A stretch of 64,000 nt of DNA from an uncultured delta proteobacterium (GCA_963739565.1 CAVUBF010000008.1:343234-407233); one strand, 5' to 3'; shown: positions 50,391 to 61,343, counted from the stretch's first letter. Numbers and translations: made by a program. The notes: generated from the letters alone by a model not told the origin.

Positions 50391-50614
50391 CGGCCGCTCC
50401 AGGGACGTTCCGGCGGTGCCGGGCGAGGAGGGCGGACCCTAGCGCGCGGCGTCCGGGCACGGCAAGGACCGGGGGACCGCGGCGGGGCCCCCCGGTCGTG
50501 GGGCCCGGGCTTGAGGTGCGCCGCCGGTCCTGTCACATTGTCGCACCGCGCGGGAGCGCGGGCCCCCGGCGGACCGGGTGGCCTGCCGGCCCCGCACGTC
50601 CCGCAGGAGAACCG

Positions 50615-52576
50615 ATGCGCACGAGATTCCTGGCCACGCTGGACCGGACGTTCTTCCCGGGGAGGCTGCGCGCCCTGCGCGTCGTCCTCGCCGGGTTCGT
50701 CCTGCTCAACGCGGTCGTCCGCATCGGCCTCGCCCTGTACGAGCGGGACCTGTCGCTCCTCGCTCCCTGGCGCCTCGGCCCGGCGCTCCTCATCGGCGCC
50801 GTCTTCGACGCGGGCGTCGCCACCTTCTTCCTCGCGCCCCTCGCCCTCGTCCTGTGGGCCTGGCCGGCGCGGCTCGAGCGCTTCACGAGGCACCTCGTCG
50901 CCGGGCTGCTCCTGCCGCTCTGCGGCGTCTTCGTGTTCGTGGGCGCCAGCGAGTTCGTCTTCTGGAACGAGTTCAGCTCGCGCTTCAACTTCATCGCGGT
51001 CGACTACCTCGTCTACACGAGCGAGGTCATCGGCAACATCCGCGAGTCCTACGACCTGCCGCTCGCGCTCACCGGCGTCGGCGCCGCCGTGATCGTGCTC
51101 TGGGCCCTCCTCGCCCGCGGCGCCTGGTCGACGCTGTCGGCCCCGGAGGCGGCCGGCGCCCGCGGCCGCGCGGTGGGCGCCTGGGTCCTCGTCGCCCTCG
51201 CCGCCGGCGTCGGGCTCGACGCGCGGCTCATGGAGTTCTCCGCCGACAGCCGGGCGAACGAGCTCGCCGGGAACGGGTACTTCTGCTTCGGCCACGCGTT
51301 CTGGCGGAACGAGATCGACTACGACCGGTTCTACAGGACGCTCCCGGCGGAGCGCGCGGCCGCGGCGCTCGCCGCCGACCTCGACCCGGCGCCGCCGGTC
51401 GGCTCGCTCCGGCCCTACGAGCGCGAGGTGACCGCCGACGGCCCGGAGCGGCGGCTGAACGTCGTCCTCGTCTCGGTCGAGAGCCTCTCCGCCGAGTTCC
51501 TCGGCGCCTTCGGCAACCCCCGGGGCCTCACCCCGAACCTGGACCGGCTCGCGCGGGAGGGGCTCCTGTTCACCCGCCTGTACGCGACGGGCACCCGGAC
51601 CGTCCGCGGCCTCGAGGCGCTCACGCTCTCGGTCCCGCCCACGCCCGGGCACTCCATCGTGAAGCGGCCCGACAACGGCGGGCTCTTCACGATCGGTGAC
51701 GTCTTCCGGGAGAGGGGGTACGAGCCGCTCTTCCTCTACGGCGGCTACGGCTACTTCGACAACATGAACGCCTTCTTCGGGGGGAACGGCTACACGGTCG
51801 TGGACCGGACCGCGCTCCGCTCCGACCAGATCCACTACGAGAACATCTGGGGCGTCGCGGACGAGGACCTCTTCGAGCTCACCCTCCGCGAGCTCGACCG
51901 GCGGCACGCCGAGGGCAAGCCGTTCTTCGCCCACGTGATGACCACCTCGAACCACCGGCCGTACACCTACCCGGAGGGCCGGATCGACATCCCCTCGAAG
52001 ACCGGGCGCGACGGCGGCGTGAAGTACACCGACTGGGCCATCGGCCACTTCGTGGAGGAGGCCCGGAAGCGCCCCTGGTTCGACGACACGGTCTTCGTCG
52101 TCGTCGCCGATCACACGCACCGGGCGCGCGGCCGGACCGACCTGCCCATCGAGAACTACCACATCCCCATGGTGGTCTGGTCGCCGCGCCACGTGAAGCC
52201 CGGCCGCGTCGACACCGTGGCCTCGCAGATCGACGTCGCCCCGACGCTCCTCGGGATGCTGAGCTTCTCGTATCGCTCCCGCTTCTTCGGCCACGACGTC
52301 CTGCGCGACGGCGCCGCCCACCCCCGCGCGCTCATGGCGAACTACCAGACCGTCGGCCTGTACCAGGACGGCGTCGTGGTGGAGCTGAAGCCGAATCGCC
52401 GCTTCCGGATCGTGGACGCGACGACCGGCGAGGAGCGGAAGCTCGACGACCAAGGCCGGCGGCTCCTCGACGAGGCGATCGGGTACTACCAGGTGGCGGC
52501 GGCGGCCTACGCGAGGGGCGAGCTCAAGACCAAGCTCGCGGCGGCGCCGGCCCCGAAGCCCGCCGCAAATCCGTGA
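50615..52576 (+). CDS. LTA synthase family / sulfatase-like membrane phosphotransferase
   Basis: Five N-terminal TM segments; NVVLVSVESL, ATGTRTVRGLEA, TTSNHRPY, VADH. Confidence 0.88.
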   Translation: MRTRFLATLDRTFFPGRLRALRVVLAGFVLLNAVVRIGLALYERDLSLLAPWRLGPALLIGAVFDAGVATFFLAPLALVLWAWPARLERFTRHLVAGLLLPLCGVFVFVGASEFVFWNEFSSRFNFIAVDYLVYTSEVIGNIRESYDLPLALTGVGAAVIVLWALLARGAWSTLSAPEAAGARGRAVGAWVLVALAAGVGLDARLMEFSADSRANELAGNGYFCFGHAFWRNEIDYDRFYRTLPAERAAAALAADLDPAPPVGSLRPYEREVTADGPERRLNVVLVSVESLSAEFLGAFGNPRGLTPNLDRLAREGLLFTRLYATGTRTVRGLEALTLSVPPTPGHSIVKRPDNGGLFTIGDVFRERGYEPLFLYGGYGYFDNMNAFFGGNGYTVVDRTALRSDQIHYENIWGVADEDLFELTLRELDRRHAEGKPFFAHVMTTSNHRPYTYPEGRIDIPSKTGRDGGVKYTDWAIGHFVEEARKRPWFDDTVFVVVADHTHRARGRTDLPIENYHIPMVVWSPRHVKPGRVDTVASQIDVAPTLLGMLSFSYRSRFFGHDVLRDGAAHPRALMANYQTVGLYQDGVVVELKPNRRFRIVDATTGEERKLDDQGRRLLDEAIGYYQVAAAAYARGELKTKLAAAPAPKPAANP

Positions 52577-52619
52577 CGCGCGCCTCGCAGTCCGTCGCCG
52601 CCCGTGCCACGTTCGCGGG

Positions 52620-53697
52620 ATGACGCTCGCCCTCCACGCGGTCTCGCTGCTCGCCGCGCTCGCCGCCGGTGCGCCTGCGTCGCCGTCCGGCGGCCCCATC
52701 GTCCTGCCGACGCGGGTGCCCGGCGCCGTCGCCGATCCGGTCGGCACGGTCGTCCTGGTCCGGACGCCCGAGGGCGGCGTCGAGGCGGTCGAAGGTGCGA
52801 CGGGATCCTCGCTCTGGCGGCGTCCGGCGCCCGCGCGGGCGCTGCTCGTCGACGCCGGGACGGCGTTCCTCCTCGAGGAGACCGCCCCTGGCAAGCTCCG
52901 GGTCACGGCGGTCCACCTCCGCACGGGGGGGGCCGGAAGCGTCTTCCTCCTGCCGGCCGGCGCGGTCCCCGCGTGGGCGGGGCTCCGCGGGTCGGGCGGG
53001 CGCGTGCAGACGACGGTATCCGTCGCGGCGCGCCGCGACGGCAACACCCTCGAGGTGGGGCTCGATGCCAGGCAGGTGACGCTCGGCGGGATCGGGCTCA
53101 TCCGCGGCCCGGAGGCGCGGGTCGTCGCGCGCGTCGACCTCATCTCCGGCGCGGTGTCGACGTCCCCCGACGGGCGCGTGGAGCCGCCGCCGATCGCGGC
53201 GCCGCCCCCTCCCGACGCGCCGCCCCTCGTTCGCTTCCACGCGCGCGCCGCCGACGAGCGGATCATGATGGGCGGGCCGCCCCCCGACGTCGCGGGGGTC
53301 CTCGTCTCGGAGGGCGCGCTCGTAGGGTTCGAGCACGCGCCAGGGCTGGTCCGGATCCACCGGTGGAGCCTCCCGGGCCTCGCGCGAGGGCGGGCCCTCG
53401 AGCTCCCGGCGGACGCCGACGCGATCTGGCCGACCCTCGACCGGCGCCACGTCGCGCTCCGCCGAGCTCGGGATCAGCGCCGGGTGGATCTGTACGCGCT
53501 CGACGGGGAATCGCCCGGTCCGCTCGCGACGCTGGAGGGGGCCGTCGATATCGCGATCCTCGCGGATCGACTCTACTTGACGCACCGGGTGGACGGGGAG
53601 GTGGTGCTCTCGGTCGAGGACCCGCGGCGCGGGCCGGACGCTCTGGCGCCGGACGCTCGTGCCGCGGGAGGGGCCGCCGGGCGAACCCATTCCGTGA
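52620..53697 (+). CDS. Secreted hypothetical protein, possible beta-propeller (probable 3' frameshift)
   Basis: Signal peptide; PQQ-like VEAVEGATGSSLW; end inferred after a shift near 53635. Confidence 0.5.
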
Positions 53698-53851
53698 GAG
53701 CGCGTCCCGGGGTTCCGCCGCTGCGCGGCGGGGCTGCCGCCCGAGGACGCGCCGGCGGACGGGGCGACGCGGTGCCGTTGATCCGAAGCGGCGTCGCCTC
53801 GGGCGGGGGACAGCCGCTCGGATTGCGCCCGAAGGCGCAAGCTCCGCGGTG

Positions 53852-55174
53852 TTACGGACCAGGGATCATCCGCGCGAGGAAGCTCCCCTTCTTCACCGAC
53901 GGGAGCGCGTCCACCTCGCCGAGGGCGGCCGTCATCTGCGCGTAGGTCGCCTCGTGGGTGACGATGAGGATCGGCACCGACTGGTTCTCGCCGCCGGCGC
54001 GGCCGCGCTGCACGATCGACTCGATGGACACCCCGTGCTTGCCGAGGGCGCCGGTGACCGCCGAGAGGACGCCCGGGCGATCGAGGGCGGTGACGCGCAG
54101 GTAGAACTCGCTGCGGGCCTCGCCGGCGGGGCGCAGCGCGCCCTTGACGCCGGTCCGGATCCGGGCGCCGCTCACGGGCATGCGGGAGACCGCGCCGGAG
54201 AGGATGTCGCGGGCCGCGGAGACGAGATCGGCGATCACCGCGCTGCCGGTGGGGAGCGCCCCCGCGCCTCGGCCGAAGTAGAGCGACGGGCCGAGGTTGT
54301 CGTCCTCGAGGTAGACCGCGTTGAAGACGCCCTCCACCGCCGCGAGCGGGTGGGAGATCGGCACCAGGGCGGGGTGGACCCACGCCTCCACGGCGCCTTC
54401 CTCGCCCGAGGCGGAGCAGAGGAGCTTCATGCGGAAGCCGAGCTCCTCGGCGGTCGCGAGGTCGAGGGGCGTCACCTGGGTGATGCCGGTCCTGGCGATG
54501 GCGTCCGGCCCGACCGTCAGGTCGAAGCAGAGGTCCACCAGGATCGCGAGCTTCTGGGCGGCGTCGATGCCGTCCACGTCGAGGGCCGGGTTGGCCTCGG
54601 CGAACCCGTTCGCCTGGGCGTCGGCGAGGATCTCGGCGAACGGCTTCCGCTCCCGCGCCATGCGCGTGAGGATGTAGTTGCAGGTGCCGTTGATGATGCC
54701 GGTGACGCGGCGGATCCGGTTCGCGACGAGGCCGCGGCGGATCGTGTGGATGAGCGGTATCCCGCCCGCGACGCTCCCCTCGAACCCGAGGGAGACCCGC
54801 TTCTGCTCGGCCTTCGAGACGAGCTCCTCCCAGTGGGTGGAGAGCAGGGCCTTGTTGGCGGTGACGACGTGCTTGCCGTTCTCCATCGCCGCGAGGATGA
54901 GGCTGCGGGCCGGCTCGATGCCCCCGATGAGCTCCACCACCACCTGGACCTCGGGATCCTTCACCACCTCGTTCGCGTCGGCGGTGTAGACGCCGGGTGC
55001 GAGGCCCAGGCGCTGGGCGCGGGCGGGATCCTTGTCCGCGGCCCGCACGACCTCGAAGGGAACGCCGAGGCGCCGCTCGAGGAGCGCGCCGTTCTTCTTC
55101 AGGATCTCCACGGTGCCCGCGCCGATGTTTCCGAGCCCGAGGATCCCGACCTTGATCGCCTTCGCTTCGCTCAT
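53852..55174 (-). CDS. hom: Homoserine dehydrogenase with ACT domain
   Basis: GLGNIG, HVVTANKA, FEGSVAGGIP, GIINGTCNYIL, DAAQKL, GRGAG, DRPGVL. Confidence 0.96.
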   Translation of the reverse strand: MSEAKAIKVGILGLGNIGAGTVEILKKNGALLERRLGVPFEVVRAADKDPARAQRLGLAPGVYTADANEVVKDPEVQVVVELIGGIEPARSLILAAMENGKHVVTANKALLSTHWEELVSKAEQKRVSLGFEGSVAGGIPLIHTIRRGLVANRIRRVTGIINGTCNYILTRMARERKPFAEILADAQANGFAEANPALDVDGIDAAQKLAILVDLCFDLTVGPDAIARTGITQVTPLDLATAEELGFRMKLLCSASGEEGAVEAWVHPALVPISHPLAAVEGVFNAVYLEDDNLGPSLYFGRGAGALPTGSAVIADLVSAARDILSGAVSRMPVSGARIRTGVKGALRPAGEARSEFYLRVTALDRPGVLSAVTGALGKHGVSIESIVQRGRAGGENQSVPILIVTHEATYAQMTAALGEVDALPSVKKGSFLARMIPGP

Positions 55175-55305
55175 GCCGTCGCCTCCGGACGCGTCGTGTT
55201 GTACCACGGCGCCTGCGGTGCGGATCCCCCGCGGGGACGCTCCGGAAGGGCGCCTGCCGGCCGATCGCTTGCGCCGTCCCGCACCTTTTGACAACGTGCG
55301 CCTCC

Positions 55306-55753
55306 GTGACCTGGCGCCGCTGGCTCGTGATCGCCGTACCCGCCGTGCTCGTCCTCGCGCAGGTGATCCCCGTGACGCGCACCAACCCGCCGGTCGAGGC
55401 CGAGGTGAAGGCGCCGGCGGAGGTGATGGCGATCCTGCGCCGCTCCTGCTGGGACTGCCACTCGAACGAGACGGTCTGGGACGGGTGGCAGACGAAGATC
55501 GCGCCGGCCTCCTGGCTCGTCGCCCACGACGTGAGCGAGGGGCGCGACGAGCTCAACTTCTCGCGGTGGGGCAAGGGCAAGCACGCCGACCGCGCCGGAT
55601 TCGAAGATCGCGAAGGAGGTCCGCGAGGGCGACATGCCGCCGCTTCTCTACGTGCTCGCCCACCCCGTCGCGAAGCTGTCGGCGGCAGACCAGGCGACGC
55701 TGGCCGCGTGGGCGGCGACGCTCCCCGGCGGCGCGCTCGCCGCGCCGCGCTGA
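55306..55753 (+). CDS. Heme-binding (Haem_bd-like) monoheme cytochrome c (frameshift near 55600)
   Basis: TM segment, RRSCWDCHSNET, IAPASW..HDVSEGRDELNFS, GDMPP. Confidence 0.8.
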
Positions 55754-55771
55754 CCGGTCCCGCGCCGCCGG

Positions 55772-56140
55772 TCAGCCCAGCCCGATCACCTCGCCGCCCT
55801 CGCCCTCCCACTCGGCGAGGCGGCCGACCTTCCGGGCCACCTCCGGCCAGGTCCGGCCGGTGCAGCGCTCCACCTCTCGGGCGAGCCAGGCCTTGAGGCG
55901 GACGAGGTCCCACTCGAAGACGATGAGCAGGCCGCGCCCCGGCACCGCTCCGCGGCGGCCGTGGCGCGCCTCGAGCCAGCGCGGCGTCACGACGAGGAGC
56001 TCGAACCGCTCCTTGCCGCGGAGCCCCAGCGCGCCCACCTCGAGGATGAGGGGCACCGCGAAGTCGGCGGGGTCGGCCGGAGCGAAGCGGGCGAGGTCCT
56101 GGACCTCGTCGCTGCGGAGGGCCTTGAGGCGCGCGCGCAT
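55772..56140 (-). CDS. Imm8-like polymorphic toxin immunity protein
   Basis: RARLK..P.DPADF..L.VG..G.ERF..V.TPRWL..GRGLLIV.EWD..V.RC.G.TWPEVARK..RLAEWE matches the recalled Imm8 pattern. Confidence 0.7.
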   Translation of the reverse strand: MRARLKALRSDEVQDLARFAPADPADFAVPLILEVGALGLRGKERFELLVVTPRWLEARHGRRGAVPGRGLLIVFEWDLVRLKAWLAREVERCTGRTWPEVARKVGRLAEWEGEGGEVIGLG

Positions 56141-56351
56141 CCCCTCCCTGTATCGTCCTGGCGCCCCCCGGACCAGCCTGGCGCGCTCGACTCTCCGTCG
56201 GCCCGGTCGTGCTCCTGGCGGGGATCCGGCCGCGCTCCTCCGCGGTCCCCCGAGGCGGAACCCATGGAACTCCGGCCGGGTTCGCCCGATCGACCGGCCG
56301 GCCAGATTCCTTTCCGGCGGCGGTCCGTTTCAACCAGGGAAAGGAGATTCC

Positions 56352-57296
56352 ATGCGCCCGCTCCCGCTTGCCGCCGTCGTCGCCGCCCTCGTCGCCTGCT
56401 CGCCGCGCCTGCCCGCCGCCCAGGAGGTCCCCGCCCGCTGGGGGTCCTGGTCCGTCGAGGCGGTCGACGAGTCGGGACGGACCCTGCCCACCTTCGAGCA
56501 CCGCGGCCGGACCTACGTCCTCGGCGGCCTCGGCCAGCGGTACCTGCTCCGGTTCCGGAACGGGACCGGGCGGCGCGTCGAGGTCGTGGCCTCCGTGGAC
56601 GGGCGTGACGTGGTGGACGGCCGGCCCGCGTCGCTGGGGAAGCGGGGCTACGTCGTCGAGCCCTGGGGCGAGCTCAGCATCGACGGCTACCGCGTGAGCC
56701 AGGAGGCGGTGGCGGCGTTCCGGTTCTCCTCCGTCTCGCGGTCGTACGCGGCGCGGAAGGGGGACGCCCGGGACGTGGGCGTCGTGGGCCTCGCGGTCTT
56801 CGCCGAGCGGCGGCGCTACGTGTCCCCGCCCGCTCCGGTCCAGCCGTCGCCGTACCCGTCGTACGACGGCGCGCCGGGCGCCGGTGGGGCCGGTGGTGCC
56901 CGCGACGAGGCCGAGCGGAGGGCCGATGGCGCCCCGCACGGCTCCGAGCGCAAGGCCGAGGCCGCGCCCCCGAGCGCCGCGCCCGCGCCGGACTCCGGCG
57001 CCATGGCGAGCGCCCCGCGGCAGCGCGCCCCCTCCCGGTCCGGGCTCGGGACCGAGTTCGGCGAGGAGCACGCCTCTCGCGTCGAGTCCACCACCTTCGA
57101 GCGCGCGAGTCCGCGCCCCGAGGCCGTGCTCACGCTGCGGTACGACGATCGCGAGGGGCTCGTCGCCCTCGGGATCGACGTCGACGGGCGGGACCGCCGC
57201 CGCGACGAGAGCTGGCGGCGGGAGACCGCCTCGCCCTTCCGGGCCGACGCGGCCTACTGCGAGCCGCCGCCGGGGTGGCGCCCGGGCGTCCGGTGA
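56352..57296 (+). CDS. Secreted conserved hypothetical protein
   Basis: AAGGAG SD; signal/lipobox LVAC; RY.LR.RN..RRVEVVASVDGRDVVDG..RGYVV..IDGYR..SYAAR..VGVVG..GLGTEFGE. Confidence 0.75.
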   Translation: MRPLPLAAVVAALVACSPRLPAAQEVPARWGSWSVEAVDESGRTLPTFEHRGRTYVLGGLGQRYLLRFRNGTGRRVEVVASVDGRDVVDGRPASLGKRGYVVEPWGELSIDGYRVSQEAVAAFRFSSVSRSYAARKGDARDVGVVGLAVFAERRRYVSPPAPVQPSPYPSYDGAPGAGGAGGARDEAERRADGAPHGSERKAEAAPPSAAPAPDSGAMASAPRQRAPSRSGLGTEFGEEHASRVESTTFERASPRPEAVLTLRYDDREGLVALGIDVDGRDRRRDESWRRETASPFRADAAYCEPPPGWRPGVR

Positions 57297-57311
57297 CGCT
57301 ATGACTGTCGG

Positions 57312-57704
57312 ATGACCCCGAAGCAGCGCCAGGCCCACCGCAGGACCCTCGAGCGCCTCCGCGCCGAGGCCCTGCGCGCGGGCCCGGCGCGCATCGAGCC
57401 CAACCGCAAGGATCCGGCGACGACCGGCGTCGCGGACGAGGACGCCCAGGCCCTCTCGGAGATGATGCAGGTGCTCGCGTCGAAGCGGAACGAGGGCCAG
57501 GCCGCGCTGGTCCGCCAGATCGATCGGGCCCTCGCGAAGCTGGTCGACGCGCCGGAGGACTTCGGGCTCTGCGAGGAGTGCGACGAGGAGATCGCGCCGA
57601 AGCGCCTCGCCCTCGTCCCCTGGGCGACCCTGTGCGTCCCCTGCCAGGCGAAGCGGGACCCGAAGCTCGGGGCCTCGAGGAAGAAGCTGACGGACTTCAA
57701 GTAG
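57312..57704 (+). CDS. TraR/DksA C4-type zinc finger protein
   Basis: [38 protein letters not shown]. Confidence 0.9.
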   Translation: MTPKQRQAHRRTLERLRAEALRAGPARIEPNRKDPATTGVADEDAQALSEMMQVLASKRNEGQAALVRQIDRALAKLVDAPEDFGLCEECDEEIAPKRLALVPWATLCVPCQAKRDPKLGASRKKLTDFK

Positions 57705-57747
57705 CCCCTGGAACCGCCTCCCGGTTTCCGCTACCACCACGGCCCCG

Positions 57748-59374
57748 ATGACGAAGAAGCGCTACCCACGGGCCGGGCAGGAGGGCGCTCCCGCCCCCGT
57801 CGACCCCGCCGAGCTGGCGCGGGCGCTGGAGATCCTCGCCCGCGTCGCCGAGGACCGGGGCGCCCTCGCCGCCGTCGACGCGGGGACGCGCGAGTCGCTC
57901 CAGCGGATCGCCGGGGAGCTCGCCCGGCCGGACGCCCGGCAGCGACGCCAGCTCCGCAGGGCGCTCGCCCGCGGCGAGCGCGACGCGCGCAAGGCGCGCG
58001 ACGGCGCGCTCCGGGAGGGCACCGGGATTCGCAAGCTCCGCGCCGCGCCGGTGTTCCGCGCGCCGCTGCCGGAGCTGCCGCCGCCCGGGGCGGACGCGTC
58101 GGCGTGGTGGCCGAGGCTGCCGGACCGCCGACCGCCGGACGCGACCGCCGACCGACGCGACGGACCCCGTGGGTCCCGAGCTCCACGAGCCGCGCAAGTG
58201 CTACGTGTGCAAGGCCGAGTACCGGCGCCTCCACCCGTTCTACGACCAGCTCTGCCCGGCCTGCGGCGACGAGAACCTCGCCCACCGCACCGCGTCGGTC
58301 GACCTGCGCGGGCGGGTCGCCCTCGTCACCGGCGCGCGGGTGAAGATCGGCTTCCAGGCCGCCCTCCTGCTCCTGCGCGCGGGGTGCCGGGTGGTCGCGC
58401 TCACGCGCTTCCCCGCGACGCCGCGGCCCGCTACGCCCGCGAGCCCGACTTCGAGGCATGGAAGGACCGGCTCACCGTCCACGGCGTGGACCTCCGCCAC
58501 ACGCCCTCCGTCGAGCTGCTCTGCCAGCGGCTCGACGCGACCCTCCCGCGCCTCGACTTCCAGGTCCACAACGCCTGCCAGACCGTGCGCCGCCCGCCCG
58601 GGTTCTACGCCCACCTCGTCGCACGGCGAGGAGGGGCCGCTCTCGGAGGTGCCCTCCGCCGAGCGGCGCGATCCTGGAGGAGTACGAGGAGCTGCGGACG
58701 GCGCTCCGCGACCACCGCCCGGCCGCGGGCGTCACGAGCCCCGCGCTCCTCTCCCAGGCGGCGAGCGACGCGGACCTGCTCCTCCCCGGGAAGACCGCCC
58801 TCGAGCTGTTCCCGCACGGGATCCTCGACCAGGACCTCCAGCAGGTGGACCTGCGCGCCCACAACTCCTGGCGGCTCACGCTCGCGGAGGTGCCGACGCT
58901 GGAGCTCCTCGAGGTGCTCCTCGTGAACGCCACGGCGCCGTTCGTCATGACCGCGCGGCTGAAGGGGCTCATGCTGCGTGCCCGCGAGGCGCCGGCCGGG
59001 ACGGCGACGAGCCGGGACCCGGCGAAGCACGTCGTGCTCGTCTCCGCGATGGAGGGGCAGTTCTACCGCGAGCACAAGACGGACCGGCACCCGCACACCA
59101 ACATGGCGAAGGCGGCGCTCAACATGATCGTCCGGACGAGCGCGCCGGACTACGCGCGGGACGGGATCTACCTCAACGCGGTGGACACCGGCTGGGTCAC
59201 CGACGAGGACCCGGCCCACCTCGCCGAGCGCAAGGTCGAGGAGCACGCGTTCTCCCCCCGCTCGACATCGTCGACGGCGCGGCCCGCATCGTCGCCCCGA
59301 TCTTCGACGGGTTCGGGACCGGGAAGCACGCGGCCGGCCTGTTCTTCAAGGACTACCGGCCGACGCCCTGGTAG
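57748..59374 (+). CDS. SDR oxidoreductase with N-terminal CxxC..CxxC module (frameshifted)
   Basis: [56 protein letters not shown]. Confidence 0.8.
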
Positions 59375-59384
59375 CGCGGACGGG

Positions 59385-59430
59385 CCTCCCTCTCTTCCGC
59401 GCCAGCGAGGGAGAGGGTCGGGGGAGGGGG
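59385..59430. repeat. REP-like palindromic element, copy 2
   Basis: CCTCCCTCTCTTCCGCGCCAGCGAGGGAGAGGGTCGGGGGAGGGGG. Confidence 0.6.
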
Positions 59431-59482
59431 CCGAGCGCGCGGCACCCGAGCCGTCGCTCGCGATCCCGGGTAGAGTGCGCCC

Positions 59483-60271
59483 GTGAAGCCCTGGGAAACG
59501 GTCGAACGGACCACCGCGCCCGACGGCGCGGAGCTCATCCTCGCGCGCCGCGACGACGAGTGGGTCGTCCGCGTGGCGGGACGGACGCTGATGTCGAGCC
59601 GCGTGCACGGCTCGGAGGAGGCGCTCGCGGCCATCGCGCTGCGCGGCCTCGCCTCGCGCCGGGCGATCCTCGTCGGCGGGCTCGGGATGGGATTCACGCT
59701 GCGCGCCGCCCTCGACCGGCTCCCGGTCGACGCCCGCGTCATCGTGGTCGAGCTCGTCCCCGCGCTCGTCGCGTGGAACCGCGGCCCGCTCTCGGGGCTC
59801 GCCGGCCGTCCCCTCGACGACGCGCGCGTCCGGCTCCAGCAGGGCGACGTGGGCGCGCGCCTCGCCGAGGCCAAGGGGGCGTACGACGCCATCCTCCTCG
59901 ACGTCGACAACGGCCCCTCCGTCCTCGCCCACGCGGACAACAAGAGCCTCTACGGCGCCCGCGGCGTCCGCGCCTGCGTGGGCGCGCTCCGCGCCGGCGG
60001 CGCGCTCGCGGTCTGGTCGGCGGGCCCGGACGAGCGCTACCGCGAGCGGCTCGAGCGGGCCGGCCTCGAGGTCTCGGAGGACGCCGTCCCGGCCCGGGGC
60101 GGCGCGGGGGGCGTCCGGCACGTCGTCATCGTGGGGCGCAAGCCCGCCGCGGTGCGCGGCCGCCCCGTCGTCGCTCCTCCGCCACGCGGAGCCGCGGGGT
60201 CGTCACGCGGAGGCAGAACGTCGGGACCCCACGGAGGCAGAAGGTCAGGACCCCACGGAGGATCGAGATGA
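59483..60271 (+). CDS. Spermidine synthase-like SAM-binding protein
   Basis: LMSSRVHGSEEALA, GGLGMGFTLRAAL, VVEL, YDAILLDVDNGP. Confidence 0.82.
   Translation: MKPWETVERTTAPDGAELILARRDDEWVVRVAGRTLMSSRVHGSEEALAAIALRGLASRRAILVGGLGMGFTLRAALDRLPVDARVIVVELVPALVAWNRGPLSGLAGRPLDDARVRLQQGDVGARLAEAKGAYDAILLDVDNGPSVLAHADNKSLYGARGVRACVGALRAGGALAVWSAGPDERYRERLERAGLEVSEDAVPARGGAGGVRHVVIVGRKPAAVRGRPVVAPPPRGAAGSSRGGRTSGPHGGRRSGPHGGSR
60208..60261 (+). repeat. 24-bp tandem repeat (2.25 copies)
   Basis: CGGAGGCAGAACGTCGGGACCCCA CGGAGGCAGAAGGTCAGGACCCCA CGGAGG. Confidence 0.8.
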
Positions 60272-61307
60272 CCCGCGCCTACGCAGCGGCCGCCGCCGGC
60301 GCCCGCCTCACCCCCTTCGACGTGACCCGCCGCATGCCGGGGCCGCACGACGTCGAGATCGCCGTCCACTACTGCGGCGTCTGCCACTCGGACCTCCACC
60401 AGGTCCGCGACGAGTGGGGCGGCGCGACGTTCCCGATGGTGCCCGGCCACGAGATCGTGGGCCGGGTCACCCGCGTCGGGCGCCGCGGTGAAGAAGCTCC
60501 GGGAGGGCGATCTCGCCGGCGTCGGCTGCCTCGTCGACTCCTGCCGGACCTGCGAGCCCTGCCGCGGCGCGCTCGAGCAGTTCTGCGCGAAGGGCCCGGC
60601 CTGGACCTACAACTCCACCGAGATGGACCGGAAGACCCCGACCTACGGCGGCTACTCGAAGTCGGTGGTGGTGGACGAGGCCTACGCCCTGAAGGTCGCG
60701 AACGGCCAGGACCTCTCCCGCGTCGCGCCGCTGCTCTGCGCGGGCGTCACGACCTGGTCGCCGCTCCGCCACTGGAAGGTGGGGAAGGGGAGCCGGGTCG
60801 CGGTGGTCGGCCTCGGCGGCCTCGGCCACATGGCGCGTGAAGCTCGCGAACGCCCTCGGCGCCGAGGTCACGCTGCTCTCGCACTCCGCCGCGAAGGAGG
60901 CCGACGCGCGCCGGCTGGGCGCCCACGAGTTCGTGGTCACCTCCGCCCCCGGCGCCTTCCGCAGGCTCGCCGGCCGCTTCGACCTCGTCCTCGACACCGT
61001 CTCGGCCGACCACGACCTCGGCGCCTACCTCGGCACCGTGAAGGTGGACGGCGCGATGGTCCTCGTCGGCGTCCCGCCGGAGCCCGCGAAGGTCCACGCC
61101 TTCTCGCTCATCGGCGGGCGCAAGACGCTGGCGGGCTCGCTCATCGGCGGCATCGCCGAGACGCAGGAGGTCCTCGACTTCTGCGCCGAGAAGAAGATCG
61201 GCGCCGACGTCGAGGTCATCCCGATGAAGGCCATCGACGACGCCTACGAGCGCATGCTCCGCGGCGACGTCCGGTACCGGTTCGTCATCGACCTCGCGAC
61301 GCTGTGA
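60268..61307 (+). CDS. NAD(P)-dependent Zn alcohol dehydrogenase, CAD/YahK-like (frameshifted)
   Basis: YCGVCHSDLH, VPGHEI, SCRTCEPC..EQFC, APLLCAG, GLGGLGHM, DVRYRFVID. Confidence 0.92.
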
Positions 61308-61343
61308 GGCCGAGGAGCGGGGGCGCTCCGCAGGTACCCGCTC

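Noticed and set aside
50390-50530. yybP-ykoY Mn riboswitch before GDT1
   Set aside because: No GGGGAGTAG or GAGACC words found on the coding strand
52524-57740. 1738-aa minus-strand ORF (also 50249-53266, 47800-50460, 34710-37001)
   Set aside because: Shadow ORFs overlapping well-supported genes; Arg/Pro/Gly-rich with no motifs
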